Shown: positions 1 through 8,897 of the stretch, in pieces | Position numbering within the stretch: position 1 is the first letter of the stretch | Layout of the letters: each line of letters starts with the position of its first letter | NCBI GenBank assembly: GCA_963719495.1 | Contig: CAVRCI010000008.1 | Coordinates: 96,001-160,000 of the forward strand | Length of the DNA: 64,000 nucleotides | Source: an uncultured Verrucomicrobiae bacterium | Lineage (GTDB): Bacteria > Verrucomicrobiota > Verrucomicrobiia > Chthoniobacterales > JAATET01 | Reading direction: 5' to 3' | Made by a program: the position numbers and the translations under genes | The notes under the pieces: generated by a model | What the model saw: only the letters and a program-made list of their open reading frames with translations | Told to the model about the DNA's origin: nothing | Databases searched by the model: none

Positions 1-1
1 T

Positions 2-994
2 CTCCTGGACGTGATGATGCCGAAGGTGGACGGGAGCACGGCGCTGCTGCGGATGAAGGAGGATGAGGCCCTGCGTCACATCCCGGTGATCATGATCTCG
101 GCGTTGGACGAGATCGGTAGCGTGGTTCGGTGCATCGAGGGGGGCGCGGAGGATTACCTGCCGAAGCCGTTCAACCCGACCCTGTTGCGGGCGCGGCTCG
201 GCGCGAGTCTGGAGAAAAAGCGGTTCCGCGACCAGGAACGGACTTATCTGCGGACGATCGAGGAGACGCAGGCGCGGCTGTCGGACGAGCTGCACGAGGC
301 GGCGAATTACGTGCGGTCGATCATCCCGGCGCCGATGTCGGAACCGTTCAAGATCGATTGGAGCTACGAGCCGTCCGGCGAGCTGGGTGGCGACGCGTTT
401 GGTTACCATTGGATCGACGACGAACACTTCGCGATCTATCTGCTCGACGTGTGCGGGCACGGGGTCGGCGCGGCGTTGCTGTCGGTGACGGCGATCAACG
501 TGATTCGCTCGGGTTCGCTGGCGAGCACGGATTTCCGGAAGCCCGGAGAGGTGCTTGGTGCGCTGAATAACGCGTTTCTGATGGAGAATCAGAACAACAT
601 GTACTTCACGATCTGGTATGGCGTCGTGCATGCTCCGACGAAGCGGATGCGCTACGCGAGCGGCGGTCACCCGCCGTCGTTGCTGTTGCGGGCGGACGGT
701 GGGGCCGAGCAGATCCGGACCCGGGGCATGATGATCGGGGCGATGGAGGGGATGAAATTCGAGGATGCCGAGGTGGAGCTTCGGACGGGAGATCGGTTGA
801 TCGTGCTGTGCGACGGGACTTACGAGGTGACCCGGGCCGATGGAACGATGATTGATTTCGAGGACTTCGAGGCGGCCATGATCGAGCGGGCGGCGGATCC
901 GGCGGGGCTGGAAGGATTGCTGGCGTGGGTGCACGAGTTGCGGGCGGGGCAGCCGCTGCAGGATGATTTCTCGATTGTGAGGGTGGAATTTTGA
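2..994 (+). CDS. Response regulator receiver fused to PP2C/SpoIIE phosphatase (RsbU-like), 5'-truncated by window edge
   Basis: Frame open from base 2 (LLDVMMP); REC motifs VIMISA and DYLPKPF; PP2C motifs LGGDAF, DVCGHG, CDG, QDDFS. Confidence 0.9.
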   Translation, partial: LLDVMMPKVDGSTALLRMKEDEALRHIPVIMISALDEIGSVVRCIEGGAEDYLPKPFNPTLLRARLGASLEKKRFRDQERTYLRTIEETQARLSDELHEAANYVRSIIPAPMSEPFKIDWSYEPSGELGGDAFGYHWIDDEHFAIYLLDVCGHGVGAALLSVTAINVIRSGSLASTDFRKPGEVLGALNNAFLMENQNNMYFTIWYGVVHAPTKRMRYASGGHPPSLLLRADGGAEQIRTRGMMIGAMEGMKFEDAEVELRTGDRLIVLCDGTYEVTRADGTMIDFEDFEAAMIERAADPAGLEGLLAWVHELRAGQPLQDDFSIVRVEF

Positions 995-1422
995 GCGCGA
1001 AAGAGATTCGGGTGAGCATGGTGAACACGTTCGAGGCGTTCGTGCCGCTGAGCCGGAAAGTGTCGGAATTCCTGAGCGCGAACGACGTGCCGATGAACGT
1101 GATCTTTGCCGCCGAGTTGGCGATGGAGGAGCTTGTCACGAATACGCTGAAATACGGTTACGACGACGAGGCCGAGCACGAGATCGAGGTGGTGGCGCGG
1201 CTCGATGGGGAAACGCTGACGCTGGTCGTCGCGGACGACGGGCATGAGTTCGATCCGCTGGCGGAGACGGAGCCGGACGTGAACGCTTCGGCGGAGGATC
1301 GGGAGATCGGGGGTTTGGGGATCTTTCTGCTGAAGAACTCGCTGACGGAGCTGCGCTACGAGCGGGTTGGTGGGCGGAACGTGGTGACGGCGGTGAAGGC
1401 ACTCGTCGAAGATGGTGGGTGA
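991..1422 (+). CDS. RsbW-like anti-sigma factor / HATPase_c Ser kinase
   Basis: LAMEELVTNTLKYG, DDGHEFDP, GGLGIFL motifs; TTG start overlaps upstream stop. Confidence 0.88.
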   Translation: MSAKEIRVSMVNTFEAFVPLSRKVSEFLSANDVPMNVIFAAELAMEELVTNTLKYGYDDEAEHEIEVVARLDGETLTLVVADDGHEFDPLAETEPDVNASAEDREIGGLGIFLLKNSLTELRYERVGGRNVVTAVKALVEDGG

Positions 1423-1477
1423 TGACATTTCGGCGTGGGTGGGGTGCCGATCCCGAAGGGATCGTGCGTCCTTTACC

Positions 1478-1584
1478 TGTCATGTTGAGCGAAGCGAAAC
1501 ATCTCTGGCTTCTCATCGTATTCTTGGCGTGGCGGACGGTTGGGTAGTGTAAGTCAGAGATGCTTCGCTTCGCTCAGCATGACA
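1478..1584. repeat. TGTCAT-type inverted-repeat (REP-doublet-like) element
   Basis: TGTCATGTTGAGCGAAGCGAAACATCTCTG ... CAGAGATGCTTCGCTTCGCTCAGCATGACA; same arms recur at 35765-36207. Confidence 0.85.
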
Positions 1585-1661
1585 AGGGGGGGATGCGGGG
1601 GCTGTGGGCGTGTTTGATTGTTTTGTCTGGATGCGGCCATGGTGCCTGCAAGGATGCGCTC

Positions 1662-2072
1662 ATGGCGAAGCGGTGTTGGTTGGTGAAGCAGGAGCCCGAG
1701 GATTACTCGTGGGATGATTTCACCCGGGATGGGGGGACGGCTTGGACCGGGGTTCGGAATTTTCAGGCGCGGATCAATCTGCGGGCAATGGCGGTGGGCG
1801 ACGCGGTGCTTTTCTACCACAGCGGGAAGGTGCGGGCGGTCGTCGGGATCGCGGAGGTCGCCCAAGGGGCTTACCCTGACCCCACGGCGACCGAAGGAGA
1901 GTGGGTGTGCGTCGACCTGAAACCGAAGAAGGCTCTGAAGCAGGCAGTCACGCTTGCGACCGTCAAATCGCAGGACTCGCTGGCGCAAATCGCGCTGGTC
2001 CGCCAGTCGCGACTGAGCGTGATGCCGCTCGAGGCGGGGGAATTTCGTGAGCTGGTTGCTCTCGGGAGCTGA
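1662..2072 (+). CDS. EVE domain protein
   Basis: WLVKQEP, WTGVRNFQARINL, FYHS, RLSVMP; ATG at 1662 chosen because the upstream ORF extension is repeat-derived. Confidence 0.9.
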   Translation: MAKRCWLVKQEPEDYSWDDFTRDGGTAWTGVRNFQARINLRAMAVGDAVLFYHSGKVRAVVGIAEVAQGAYPDPTATEGEWVCVDLKPKKALKQAVTLATVKSQDSLAQIALVRQSRLSVMPLEAGEFRELVALGS

Positions 2073-2084
2073 ACCCACCGGAGT

Positions 2085-3164
2085 TCAGCGGGGATCGAGG
2101 GATTCGGCTGAAGCGCCTCCCGCGTTGCCCGGCGAATCGAGCTGGAAGCGGGGGATGTCGTTGACGAAAGGATCCTGATCCTCGGAAAGCGGTCGACTGA
2201 GAGTTGGATGGTGGGCTGCGCGGAAGGGAAGGGTCAGTTCCTTTCCCGCGCGGCGGACGACGATGGAACTTTCGTCTCCGGCGGTCAGGAAGAACGACGC
2301 ATCGATCAAATCTTCCGGGGCGCGCACCGGGATGTCGCCGACTTGGAGGACGATGTCGCCGTTCTCGAGCCCGCTCTCGGACGCCGGGGTGTCGTTGTGC
2401 AGATTGGCGACGCGGGCGGTCGACGGAAGGTCGGGATCGGTGGCGCGCTCGACCGAGACGCCGGCCCAGCCGGGGCGGAGTTCGCCGAAGCGCTCGAATT
2501 CCATCCGCGACTTCTCGGCGGCGTTGATCGGGAGCATGAAGCAGCCAGCGTTGCCGTCGACGCCGGCGACAACGATGCCGACGACCTTACCGGCGAGATT
2601 CATCACCGGAGCGCCGCCGACGCCGCGTTGGACGGGGAGGTTGGCTCGGATGTGGGTGGTGCGGAAGTAGCGGTTGAGGTATTCGCGGTCGAAGCCGGCG
2701 ACGACTCCGAAACTCGGCGTCTCGGGCAAGCCCATGGGGTAGCCGATGGACACGATCGGGGTGGCCATCTCGACTTCCGACGAGTCGCCGATTGGGAGGA
2801 AGGGCGTGTTGGCGTCGACTTTGAGGATCGCGATGCCGGTGCGGGGGTCGGCGATGAGGAGGCGGGCGGGGAGCTTTCGCTGGCCTTGGTGGACGGTGAT
2901 GTTCTCGCCGTCGCCGACGGCGACCGTAAGCGTGTAGACGGTGCCGGACGGGTCGGCGTAGAATCCGGTGCCTTCGAGCCGCCCGTGTCGGTCGGAGCCC
3001 TCGATCCGGACGACGGCGTCCTTGTGAAGGCCGAAAAGGTGCTGAACTTGAGCGGAGATCGAGTCCGCGAGGGAGGTTTCCTGAGCGCTGAGCAAGCCAA
3101 CCGACGCGGTCAGGAGGACGACCGGCGCGAGCCACAGATCGAGCTTGAGGCGACGGCTTCGCAA
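2085..3164 (-). CDS. HtrA/DegS-like trypsin-fold protein with PDZ domain
   Basis: Signal peptide, GTGF, LPIGDS, IGYPMG, GGAPVMNLAGKVVGI and PDZ (GLENGDIVL); catalytic region reads GVGGAP rather than GNSGG, so it may be inactive. Confidence 0.8.
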   Translation of the reverse strand: MRSRRLKLDLWLAPVVLLTASVGLLSAQETSLADSISAQVQHLFGLHKDAVVRIEGSDRHGRLEGTGFYADPSGTVYTLTVAVGDGENITVHQGQRKLPARLLIADPRTGIAILKVDANTPFLPIGDSSEVEMATPIVSIGYPMGLPETPSFGVVAGFDREYLNRYFRTTHIRANLPVQRGVGGAPVMNLAGKVVGIVVAGVDGNAGCFMLPINAAEKSRMEFERFGELRPGWAGVSVERATDPDLPSTARVANLHNDTPASESGLENGDIVLQVGDIPVRAPEDLIDASFFLTAGDESSIVVRRAGKELTLPFRAAHHPTLSRPLSEDQDPFVNDIPRFQLDSPGNAGGASAESLDPR

Positions 3165-3168
3165 ATCC

Positions 3169-3585
3169 TTAAAAACTGAACGGTCGATCGTTGGAGACCG
3201 GGCGGCTTTCGAGCACGTAGCTCGGTGGCAGGTCGGCCCCGGTCGACACAGCGGCGACCGGGACGCTCAGCGGAGCCGGCGTCGTGAACGACTGGGTGAC
3301 GAATTTCGGGGCGTTGGAGCTTTCGTCCTGACCGGAGATGAGAAGAGTGGTGGCGCCAACGGCGACCGCGACGATCGACGCGTAGGCCATGCTCGGGACG
3401 CGGAATCCGTCGAGCCACGCGCTCGCGCGGTCCCGGAGGATCTCCCACGTGGGGCGGCGGAGCATCTCGTTGCGCTGGCGACGTTGGAAATCGAGGAGGA
3501 AGTCCTCGAAGTAATCTTCGTGGGGCGGGGCCACGTCGCGGCGCTGGCGAAGGAGTTTCTGGACTTCGGTCGGGTCGATTTTCAT
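3169..3585 (-). CDS. Putative single-TM anti-sigma factor
   Basis: Directly downstream of ECF sigma; PPHEDYFEDF motif and one hydrophobic segment. Confidence 0.55.
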   Translation of the reverse strand: MKIDPTEVQKLLRQRRDVAPPHEDYFEDFLLDFQRRQRNEMLRRPTWEILRDRASAWLDGFRVPSMAYASIVAVAVGATTLLISGQDESSNAPKFVTQSFTTPAPLSVPVAAVSTGADLPPSYVLESRPVSNDRPFSF

Positions 3586-3591
3586 GTGGAT

Positions 3592-4182
3592 TTAAGCTCC
3601 TCTAAATTCTTCCAAGTAACTTTGCAACTGGCGATGGGCGTAAAACAAACGGGAACGCACGGTGCCTTCCGAGATTTTGAGGATCTTCGCAATCTCGGCG
3701 TGTGGCATTCCCTGGATGTCGAACATCGTAACCACGGCTCTGTGATCGTGAGACAGCTTCTGTAGGGACTCGTTCAATCTTTTTTGAAGTTCGGACAGTC
3801 CGGCTTCGCGGCGGGGGTCGGTGTTCGACGTGGCTTCGATAAAATCGGGGTTGTTCGCGATGAAGGATTCTTCGTCGTCGAGGCTGGGGCCACGGCGGCG
3901 GTTGCGCTTCTTGAGGAAGTTGATCGTCATGTTCATGCCGATCGTGTGGATCCAGGTGTAGAAACTGGATTGCTGACGGAAGCCTTTGATGGATCGGAAG
4001 GCCTTGGCGAAAACGTCCTGGAGGAGGTCGTTGGTGTCCTCGTGGTTGGAGGTCATGTTGTAGACCAAGCCGTAGAGCCGGGGGCTGTAGCGGGTGACGA
4101 GGACGTCGAAAGCCGTGGCGTCACCGTCCTTGGTGCGGCGCACGAGGTCGTCGTCCGGGGTCTCGTCGATGGGTTCGTCCAC
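3592..4182 (-). CDS. ECF sigma-70 factor (RpoE-like)
   Basis: GDATAFDVLV, SSFYTWIH, EIAKIL..SEGTVRSRL; GTG start estimated at 4182. Confidence 0.9.
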   Translation of the reverse strand: MDEPIDETPDDDLVRRTKDGDATAFDVLVTRYSPRLYGLVYNMTSNHEDTNDLLQDVFAKAFRSIKGFRQQSSFYTWIHTIGMNMTINFLKKRNRRRGPSLDDEESFIANNPDFIEATSNTDPRREAGLSELQKRLNESLQKLSHDHRAVVTMFDIQGMPHAEIAKILKISEGTVRSRLFYAHRQLQSYLEEFRGA

Positions 4183-4255
4183 TGGAAAAGGCGGGGACCG
4201 TAGCAGGGAATCCCAATTTCCGAAATCCGGAATGAGAGCAATTTCCCACCCCACC

Positions 4256-4307
4256 CCCCCCCATGCAAAACTTCGATGCGGCCGCATCGAAGTTTTGCAT
4301 GGGGGGG
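4256..4307. repeat. Perfect 52-bp palindrome
   Basis: C7-ATGCAAAACTTCGATGCGG|CCGCATCGAAGTTTTGCAT-G7; related copy at 41884-41933. Confidence 0.9.
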
Positions 4308-4308
4308 A

Positions 4309-5100
4309 TCAGGGTAATTGGGGGAGGGTGGTTTGGAGGAGTTCGATGAGGGTATGGGCGGCGTTGCGGCCGGTGTCGGTGACTTCTTCGTGGCTGAGGG
4401 GATTGGCAGTGATGCCGGCGGCCCAGTTGGTGAGGCAGGAGAAGGCGACGACTTCGAGACCGAGGGCTCGGGCCTGGATGGCTTCGGGGACGGTGGACAT
4501 GCCGACGGCGTCGGCTCCGAGGGTGCGGAGCATGCGGATCTCGGCGGGGGTCTCGTATTGGGGGCCGGGGAGGCTGGCGTAGACGCCTTCGTGGAGGGTG
4601 AGGTCGAGGGACTTCGCCTCGGCGCGGAAGGTGGCGCGGAGGTCGGCGTCGTAGGTTTCGGTGAGGTCGATGAAGTTCGGGCCGCCGGTGAGGGGGGATT
4701 GGCCGGAGAGGTTGAGGTGGTCGGTGAGCATCATCCACGTGCCGGGTGGGTGGTCGGGGTGGAGGGTGCCGGCGGCGTTGGTGAGGATGATGCGCTCGAC
4801 GCCTGCGGCGTGGAGGAGGCGGACGGAAGTGGCGACCTCGGCGGCGGTCCAGCCTTCGTAGAGGTGGACGCGGCCCTGGGCCACGATGAGCGGGGTGTCG
4901 CCGAGGCGGCCGACGGCGTACTGGCCAACGTGGCCGGGGACGGTGGAGGCGGGGTGTCCCGGGATGGTGTCGAAGGGGATCCGGGCGTCGATGGTGAGGG
5001 CGTCGACGAAGGGGTTGAGGCCGGAGCCGAGGACGATGGCGGTGCGCGCGGGGCTCGCGGCCAGGGCGGGGGGGGTGGGTGGGGTTTGGGTGGTGGGCAT
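4309..5100 (-). CDS. punA: Purine nucleoside phosphorylase (trimeric, PNP I type)
   Basis: AIVLGSGL, QGRVHLYEG, LTNAAG, GPQYETPAE, VGMSTVPE motifs. Confidence 0.92.
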   Translation of the reverse strand: MPTTQTPPTPPALAASPARTAIVLGSGLNPFVDALTIDARIPFDTIPGHPASTVPGHVGQYAVGRLGDTPLIVAQGRVHLYEGWTAAEVATSVRLLHAAGVERIILTNAAGTLHPDHPPGTWMMLTDHLNLSGQSPLTGGPNFIDLTETYDADLRATFRAEAKSLDLTLHEGVYASLPGPQYETPAEIRMLRTLGADAVGMSTVPEAIQARALGLEVVAFSCLTNWAAGITANPLSHEEVTDTGRNAAHTLIELLQTTLPQLP

Positions 5101-5141
5101 AATTGGCGCTGGAGATTTGAGGCTACGGCTCAGGGTTGGGT

Positions 5142-5168
5142 CGGCGATTGAAAATCGCCGCTCCTTGA
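5142..5168 (-). repeat. GGAG-tagged REP-like hairpin
   Basis: CGGCGATT-GAA-AATCGCCG-CTCCTTGA; family members at 5253, 15404, 15464, 17130, 48834, 54899. Confidence 0.75.
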
Positions 5169-5197
5169 AAGGAGGTATTCCACTCAACTCTCAACTT

Positions 5198-6169
5198 TCA
5201 ACTCTCAACCGGGACCGTGGGGAATTCAGAGGCTTCGCCTTTGGTTTGGACGGACGGCTGGAAGCCGTCGTTCCTTGATAGCTTCGCCGCCGTGGCGATG
5301 GTGTTTCGGTGGAGGCGGGCGGTGTTTTCCAATTCGCGGTTGTAGCCGCCTCCGTAGAGGACCGCCAAGGGGATTTGGCGCTCGAGAAATTGTCGGACGA
5401 CGAATTCGTCGCGGGTGGTCATGTGTCTCGCGGTGAGCTGGAGCTGGCCGAAGCGGTCGTTGCGGTGGGGGTCGGCGCCGGAGATCCAGATGGCGAGGTC
5501 GGGGCGGAAGGCGTCGACGGCGTCGGGGAGGGTGGCGCGGAGTTGGGCGAGGAAGGTTTCGCCGTCGGCGTAGCGGTCGAGGGGGACGTCGAGGTCGCCG
5601 GGGACTTTGCGAGATGGGTAGTTCCGGCCGACGTGGATGGAGTAGGTGAAGACGGTGGGCGTGTCGGCGAAGATGGCGTGGGTGCCGTTGCCTTGGTGGG
5701 CGTCGGTGTCGCAGACGAAGACGCGGAGGGCGGGGTGGGTGCGTTGGAGGTCGCGGATGGTGATGGCGACGTCGTTGAGGACGCAGAAGCCTTCGCCGTG
5801 CTCGGGGAAGGCGTGGTGGGTGCCGCCGGCGAGGTTGGCGGCGAGGCCGTCCTCCAGGGCGGTCCAGGCGGCGCGGCGGGTGCCTTCGACTTCGCGGGAG
5901 CTGCGTTCGTAGAGGTCGGGACCGGGGGGGAGGCCGAGGATGGTCTTTTCGCGGTCCGAGAGGTTGGCGGCGATCAGGTTGTCGAGGTAGGCCGGGTGGT
6001 GGACGCGTTCGATGGTGGCGCGGTCGGCGGGGTCGACTTCGGTGATGTCGGCGGGTGCGAGGGTGCGGTTCGCGAGGAGGAAGCGGTGGGCGTCGCGGAA
6101 CTTCCGCATCGGGAACGGGTGGCCCGGAGGAAGCTCGAGGTGGTAGCCGGGCGAATAGAAACAGCGCAC
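5198..6169 (-). CDS. Histone deacetylase family protein
   Basis: HPFP, GGTHHA, GFCVLNDVA, DTDAHQGNGT, GADPH..DRFG, GGGY. Confidence 0.92.
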   Translation of the reverse strand: MRCFYSPGYHLELPPGHPFPMRKFRDAHRFLLANRTLAPADITEVDPADRATIERVHHPAYLDNLIAANLSDREKTILGLPPGPDLYERSSREVEGTRRAAWTALEDGLAANLAGGTHHAFPEHGEGFCVLNDVAITIRDLQRTHPALRVFVCDTDAHQGNGTHAIFADTPTVFTYSIHVGRNYPSRKVPGDLDVPLDRYADGETFLAQLRATLPDAVDAFRPDLAIWISGADPHRNDRFGQLQLTARHMTTRDEFVVRQFLERQIPLAVLYGGGYNRELENTARLHRNTIATAAKLSRNDGFQPSVQTKGEASEFPTVPVES

Positions 6170-6188
6170 GGTCCGGCTGCGGATGGGG

Positions 6189-7496
6189 TCAGGGTTTCGG
6201 GTGGGATTCCCCGTGCGGCTGGGGAGGCTGCGAGATGAGGCGGGCGCCGCGGGAGAAGCTGAAGTAGGCCCAGGCCCACTGGAAAAACACGAGAACGCGA
6301 TTACGGAAGCCGATCAGGAAGAAAAGGTGGATGAAGGCCCAGGCGATCCAGGCGATGAAGCCGGTGACCTTGGCGAAGCCGAGGTCGCCGATGCCGCGAT
6401 GGCGTCCGATCGTGGCGAGGATGCCTTTGTCGTGATACCAGAAGTCCTCGAGCGGCTTGTTGTCCAGCTGGCGGATGATGTTCTTGCCGGCGTGGGTGCC
6501 CGCTTGCATGGCGGCGGGGGCGACGCCGGGGACGGGTTGGTGTTCTTTGTCCTTGATGGAGATCATGTCGCCGATCACGGAGACCTCGGGGTGGCCGGGT
6601 ATCGTGAGGTCCTGATTGACTTGAGCGCGGCCCTGGCGGTCGGTTTCGACGGGGATTCCCTTCGCCAGACCGGAGGCTTCGTTGCCGGCGGCCCAGACGA
6701 CGGTGTCACAGCGGATCGGGCCGCTCGCGAGGGTGACGGTGCCTTCCTCGATGTTTTTGACGGGGTCGCCGAGTTTGACTTCGACGTTGAGACTTTCGAG
6801 CTGCTTGACGGCGCTGGCGGAGAGTTTTTCGGTGTAGGTCGAGAGGATGCGGGGGCCGGCTTCGACGAGGAGGACGCGGGCGTGGCGGGGGTCGATGCGT
6901 CGGAAGTCCTGGCTGAGCGTGCGGTGGGCGAGCTCGGCGATGGCACCGGCCATTTCGACGCCAGTCGGGCCGCCGCCGACGACGATGAAGGTCATGTGGG
7001 CTTTCTGCCGGGCGGCGTCTTCGATTTTCTCCGCTTCCTCGAAGGCGGTGAGGACGCGGCGGCGAATCTCGATGGCGTCCTGAAGGCTTTTGAGTCCGGG
7101 GGCCAGGGGCTCCCATTCTTTGTGGCCGAAGTAGGAGTGGCGCGCGCCGGTGGCGAGGATCAGGAAGTCGTAGTGAAACGTGCCCTGGGCGCTGGTGACG
7201 GTGCGGGCGTCGACGTCGATGGCGGAGACTTCGGCCATGACGCAGGTGACGTTGCGCTGATTGCGGAGAATCGACCGGATCGGCTTGGCGATGTCGGCCG
7301 GCGAGAGGCCGGCGGTCGCGACCTGGTAGAGGAGCGGCTGGAAGAGGTGGTGGTTCGTGCGGTCGACGAGGATGACTTGGACCGGCGCGTTTTTCAGCGA
7401 GCGCGCGGCGGAGAGGCCCCCGAAACCGCCGCCGATGATGACGACCACGGGCAGGCTTGATTTTTTCGATTCGGTCGACAGAGTGGCGTCAGTCAT
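6189..7496 (-). CDS. ndh: Type II NADH dehydrogenase (NDH-2 family)
   Basis: GGGFGG, HLFQPLLYQVAT, VGGGPTGVEMAG, WAAG, C-terminal W..IHL..LIGFRN. Confidence 0.9.
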   Translation of the reverse strand: MTDATLSTESKKSSLPVVVIIGGGFGGLSAARSLKNAPVQVILVDRTNHHLFQPLLYQVATAGLSPADIAKPIRSILRNQRNVTCVMAEVSAIDVDARTVTSAQGTFHYDFLILATGARHSYFGHKEWEPLAPGLKSLQDAIEIRRRVLTAFEEAEKIEDAARQKAHMTFIVVGGGPTGVEMAGAIAELAHRTLSQDFRRIDPRHARVLLVEAGPRILSTYTEKLSASAVKQLESLNVEVKLGDPVKNIEEGTVTLASGPIRCDTVVWAAGNEASGLAKGIPVETDRQGRAQVNQDLTIPGHPEVSVIGDMISIKDKEHQPVPGVAPAAMQAGTHAGKNIIRQLDNKPLEDFWYHDKGILATIGRHRGIGDLGFAKVTGFIAWIAWAFIHLFFLIGFRNRVLVFFQWAWAYFSFSRGARLISQPPQPHGESHPKP

Positions 7497-7508
7497 GGTC
7501 GTGTGAGT

Positions 7509-7526
7509 TTGTGAAATTTTTCACAA
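7509..7526. promoter_or_regulatory. Rex-type operator
   Basis: TTGTGAA-ATTT-TTCACAA, an exact match to TTGTGAA-N4-TTCACAA, between divergent ndh and nuoD. Confidence 0.75.
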
Positions 7527-7578
7527 AGTCGGCGAATGGCAAACTGCATTCCACTTTCGAGCGTAAATACTTTCCGAC

Positions 7579-8826
7579 ATGCCCACGACTTACGAGCAAC
7601 CCGACACGCTGACGCGCAGCCTCCAAAACTTGGAAAGTTCGCAGGAGGCGGGCGAATTGTTGGGCGAGACGATGACGCTGAACATGGGCCCGTCGCATCC
7701 GTCGACGCACGGCGTGCTTCGGCTGATCCTCGAGATGGACGGCGAGATCATCACGAAGGCGACGCCGGATTGCGGTTACCTGCACCGGGGCGACGAGAAG
7801 ATCGCGGAGAACATGCAATACAATCAGTTCGTGCCTTACACGGATCGGTTGGACTATTTGGCGCCGTTGGCGAACAACGTCGCTTACGCGTTGGCGGTCG
7901 AGAAATTGATGGGCTGGGAGCTGCCGGCTCGGGGGAAGGCGATTCGGGTGATTTGTTGCGAGCTGGCGCGGATTTCGGCGCATTTGTTGGGGATCGGGGC
8001 CTATGGGCTGGATCTCGGGGCGACGTCAATCTTCCTGTTCACGTTCACGGAGCGGGAGAAAATCTACAACCTGATCGAGCAGCTCACGGGGGCGCGCTTC
8101 ACGACGAGCTACACGCGGGTGGGCGGGCAAACCCGCGACCTGCCGGAGACGTTTGCGGCGCAGACGGAGGAGTTCATTGCGTCGTTCCTGCCGGTGTGGG
8201 ACGAGCTGGATAAATTGCTGAGCCGTAATCGCATATTCGTGGATCGCACGAAGGATGTTGGGGTCATCTCGAAGGAAGACGCGATTGCCTACGCGATTTC
8301 GGGTCCGAATCTGCGCGGCAGCGGGATCGAGCACGACGTGCGGCGGGCGAATCCCTACCTCGACTACGAGAAATACGATTTCGAGATTCCGATCGGCGAA
8401 GTCGGCGATTGCTACGACCGTTATCTGGTGCGGATGGAGGAGATGCGGCAGAGCTGCAAGATCATCCGGCAGGTGCTGGCGGATCTGCCGACGGGGCCGA
8501 TCAATTACTTCGACCCGAAGAGCTCGTTGCCGCCGAAGGTCGACGTGATGATGAAGATGGAGGAGCTGATCCACCACTTCATCGTGACGACGCAGGGGAT
8601 CGACGCGCCGAAGGGCGAGATTTACTTCGGAGCGGAGAATCCGAAGGGCGAGCTCGGGTTTTACATTCTGAGCAAAGGGGGCGGTGTGCCGTATCGACTG
8701 AAGATTCGCGCTCCGTCGTTCGTGAATTTGAGCATCATGTCGAAGTTGCTGCCGGGTCACATGGTGAGTGATTGCGTGAGCATCCTGGGCAGTGTGGATT
8801 TCGTGATGGGCGAGTGCGACCGGTAG
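7579..8826 (+). CDS. nuoD: NADH-quinone oxidoreductase subunit D
   Basis: NMGPSHPSTHGVLRL, GYLHRG, DRLDY, ENPKGELG, DFVMGECDR. Confidence 0.97.
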   Translation: MPTTYEQPDTLTRSLQNLESSQEAGELLGETMTLNMGPSHPSTHGVLRLILEMDGEIITKATPDCGYLHRGDEKIAENMQYNQFVPYTDRLDYLAPLANNVAYALAVEKLMGWELPARGKAIRVICCELARISAHLLGIGAYGLDLGATSIFLFTFTEREKIYNLIEQLTGARFTTSYTRVGGQTRDLPETFAAQTEEFIASFLPVWDELDKLLSRNRIFVDRTKDVGVISKEDAIAYAISGPNLRGSGIEHDVRRANPYLDYEKYDFEIPIGEVGDCYDRYLVRMEEMRQSCKIIRQVLADLPTGPINYFDPKSSLPPKVDVMMKMEELIHHFIVTTQGIDAPKGEIYFGAENPKGELGFYILSKGGGVPYRLKIRAPSFVNLSIMSKLLPGHMVSDCVSILGSVDFVMGECDR

Positions 8827-8872
8827 AGTTGGCGACGCTCGGGCTTGCAGTCGATCTTCCTGTGACAAGATC

Positions 8873-8897
8873 AGCGGCGGTCACAGACCGCCGCTAC
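8873..8897 (-). repeat. GTAG-tagged REP hairpin
   Basis: Reverse strand reads GTAGCGGCGGTCTGTGACCGCCGCT; same as the arms at 24345-24432. Confidence 0.8.
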
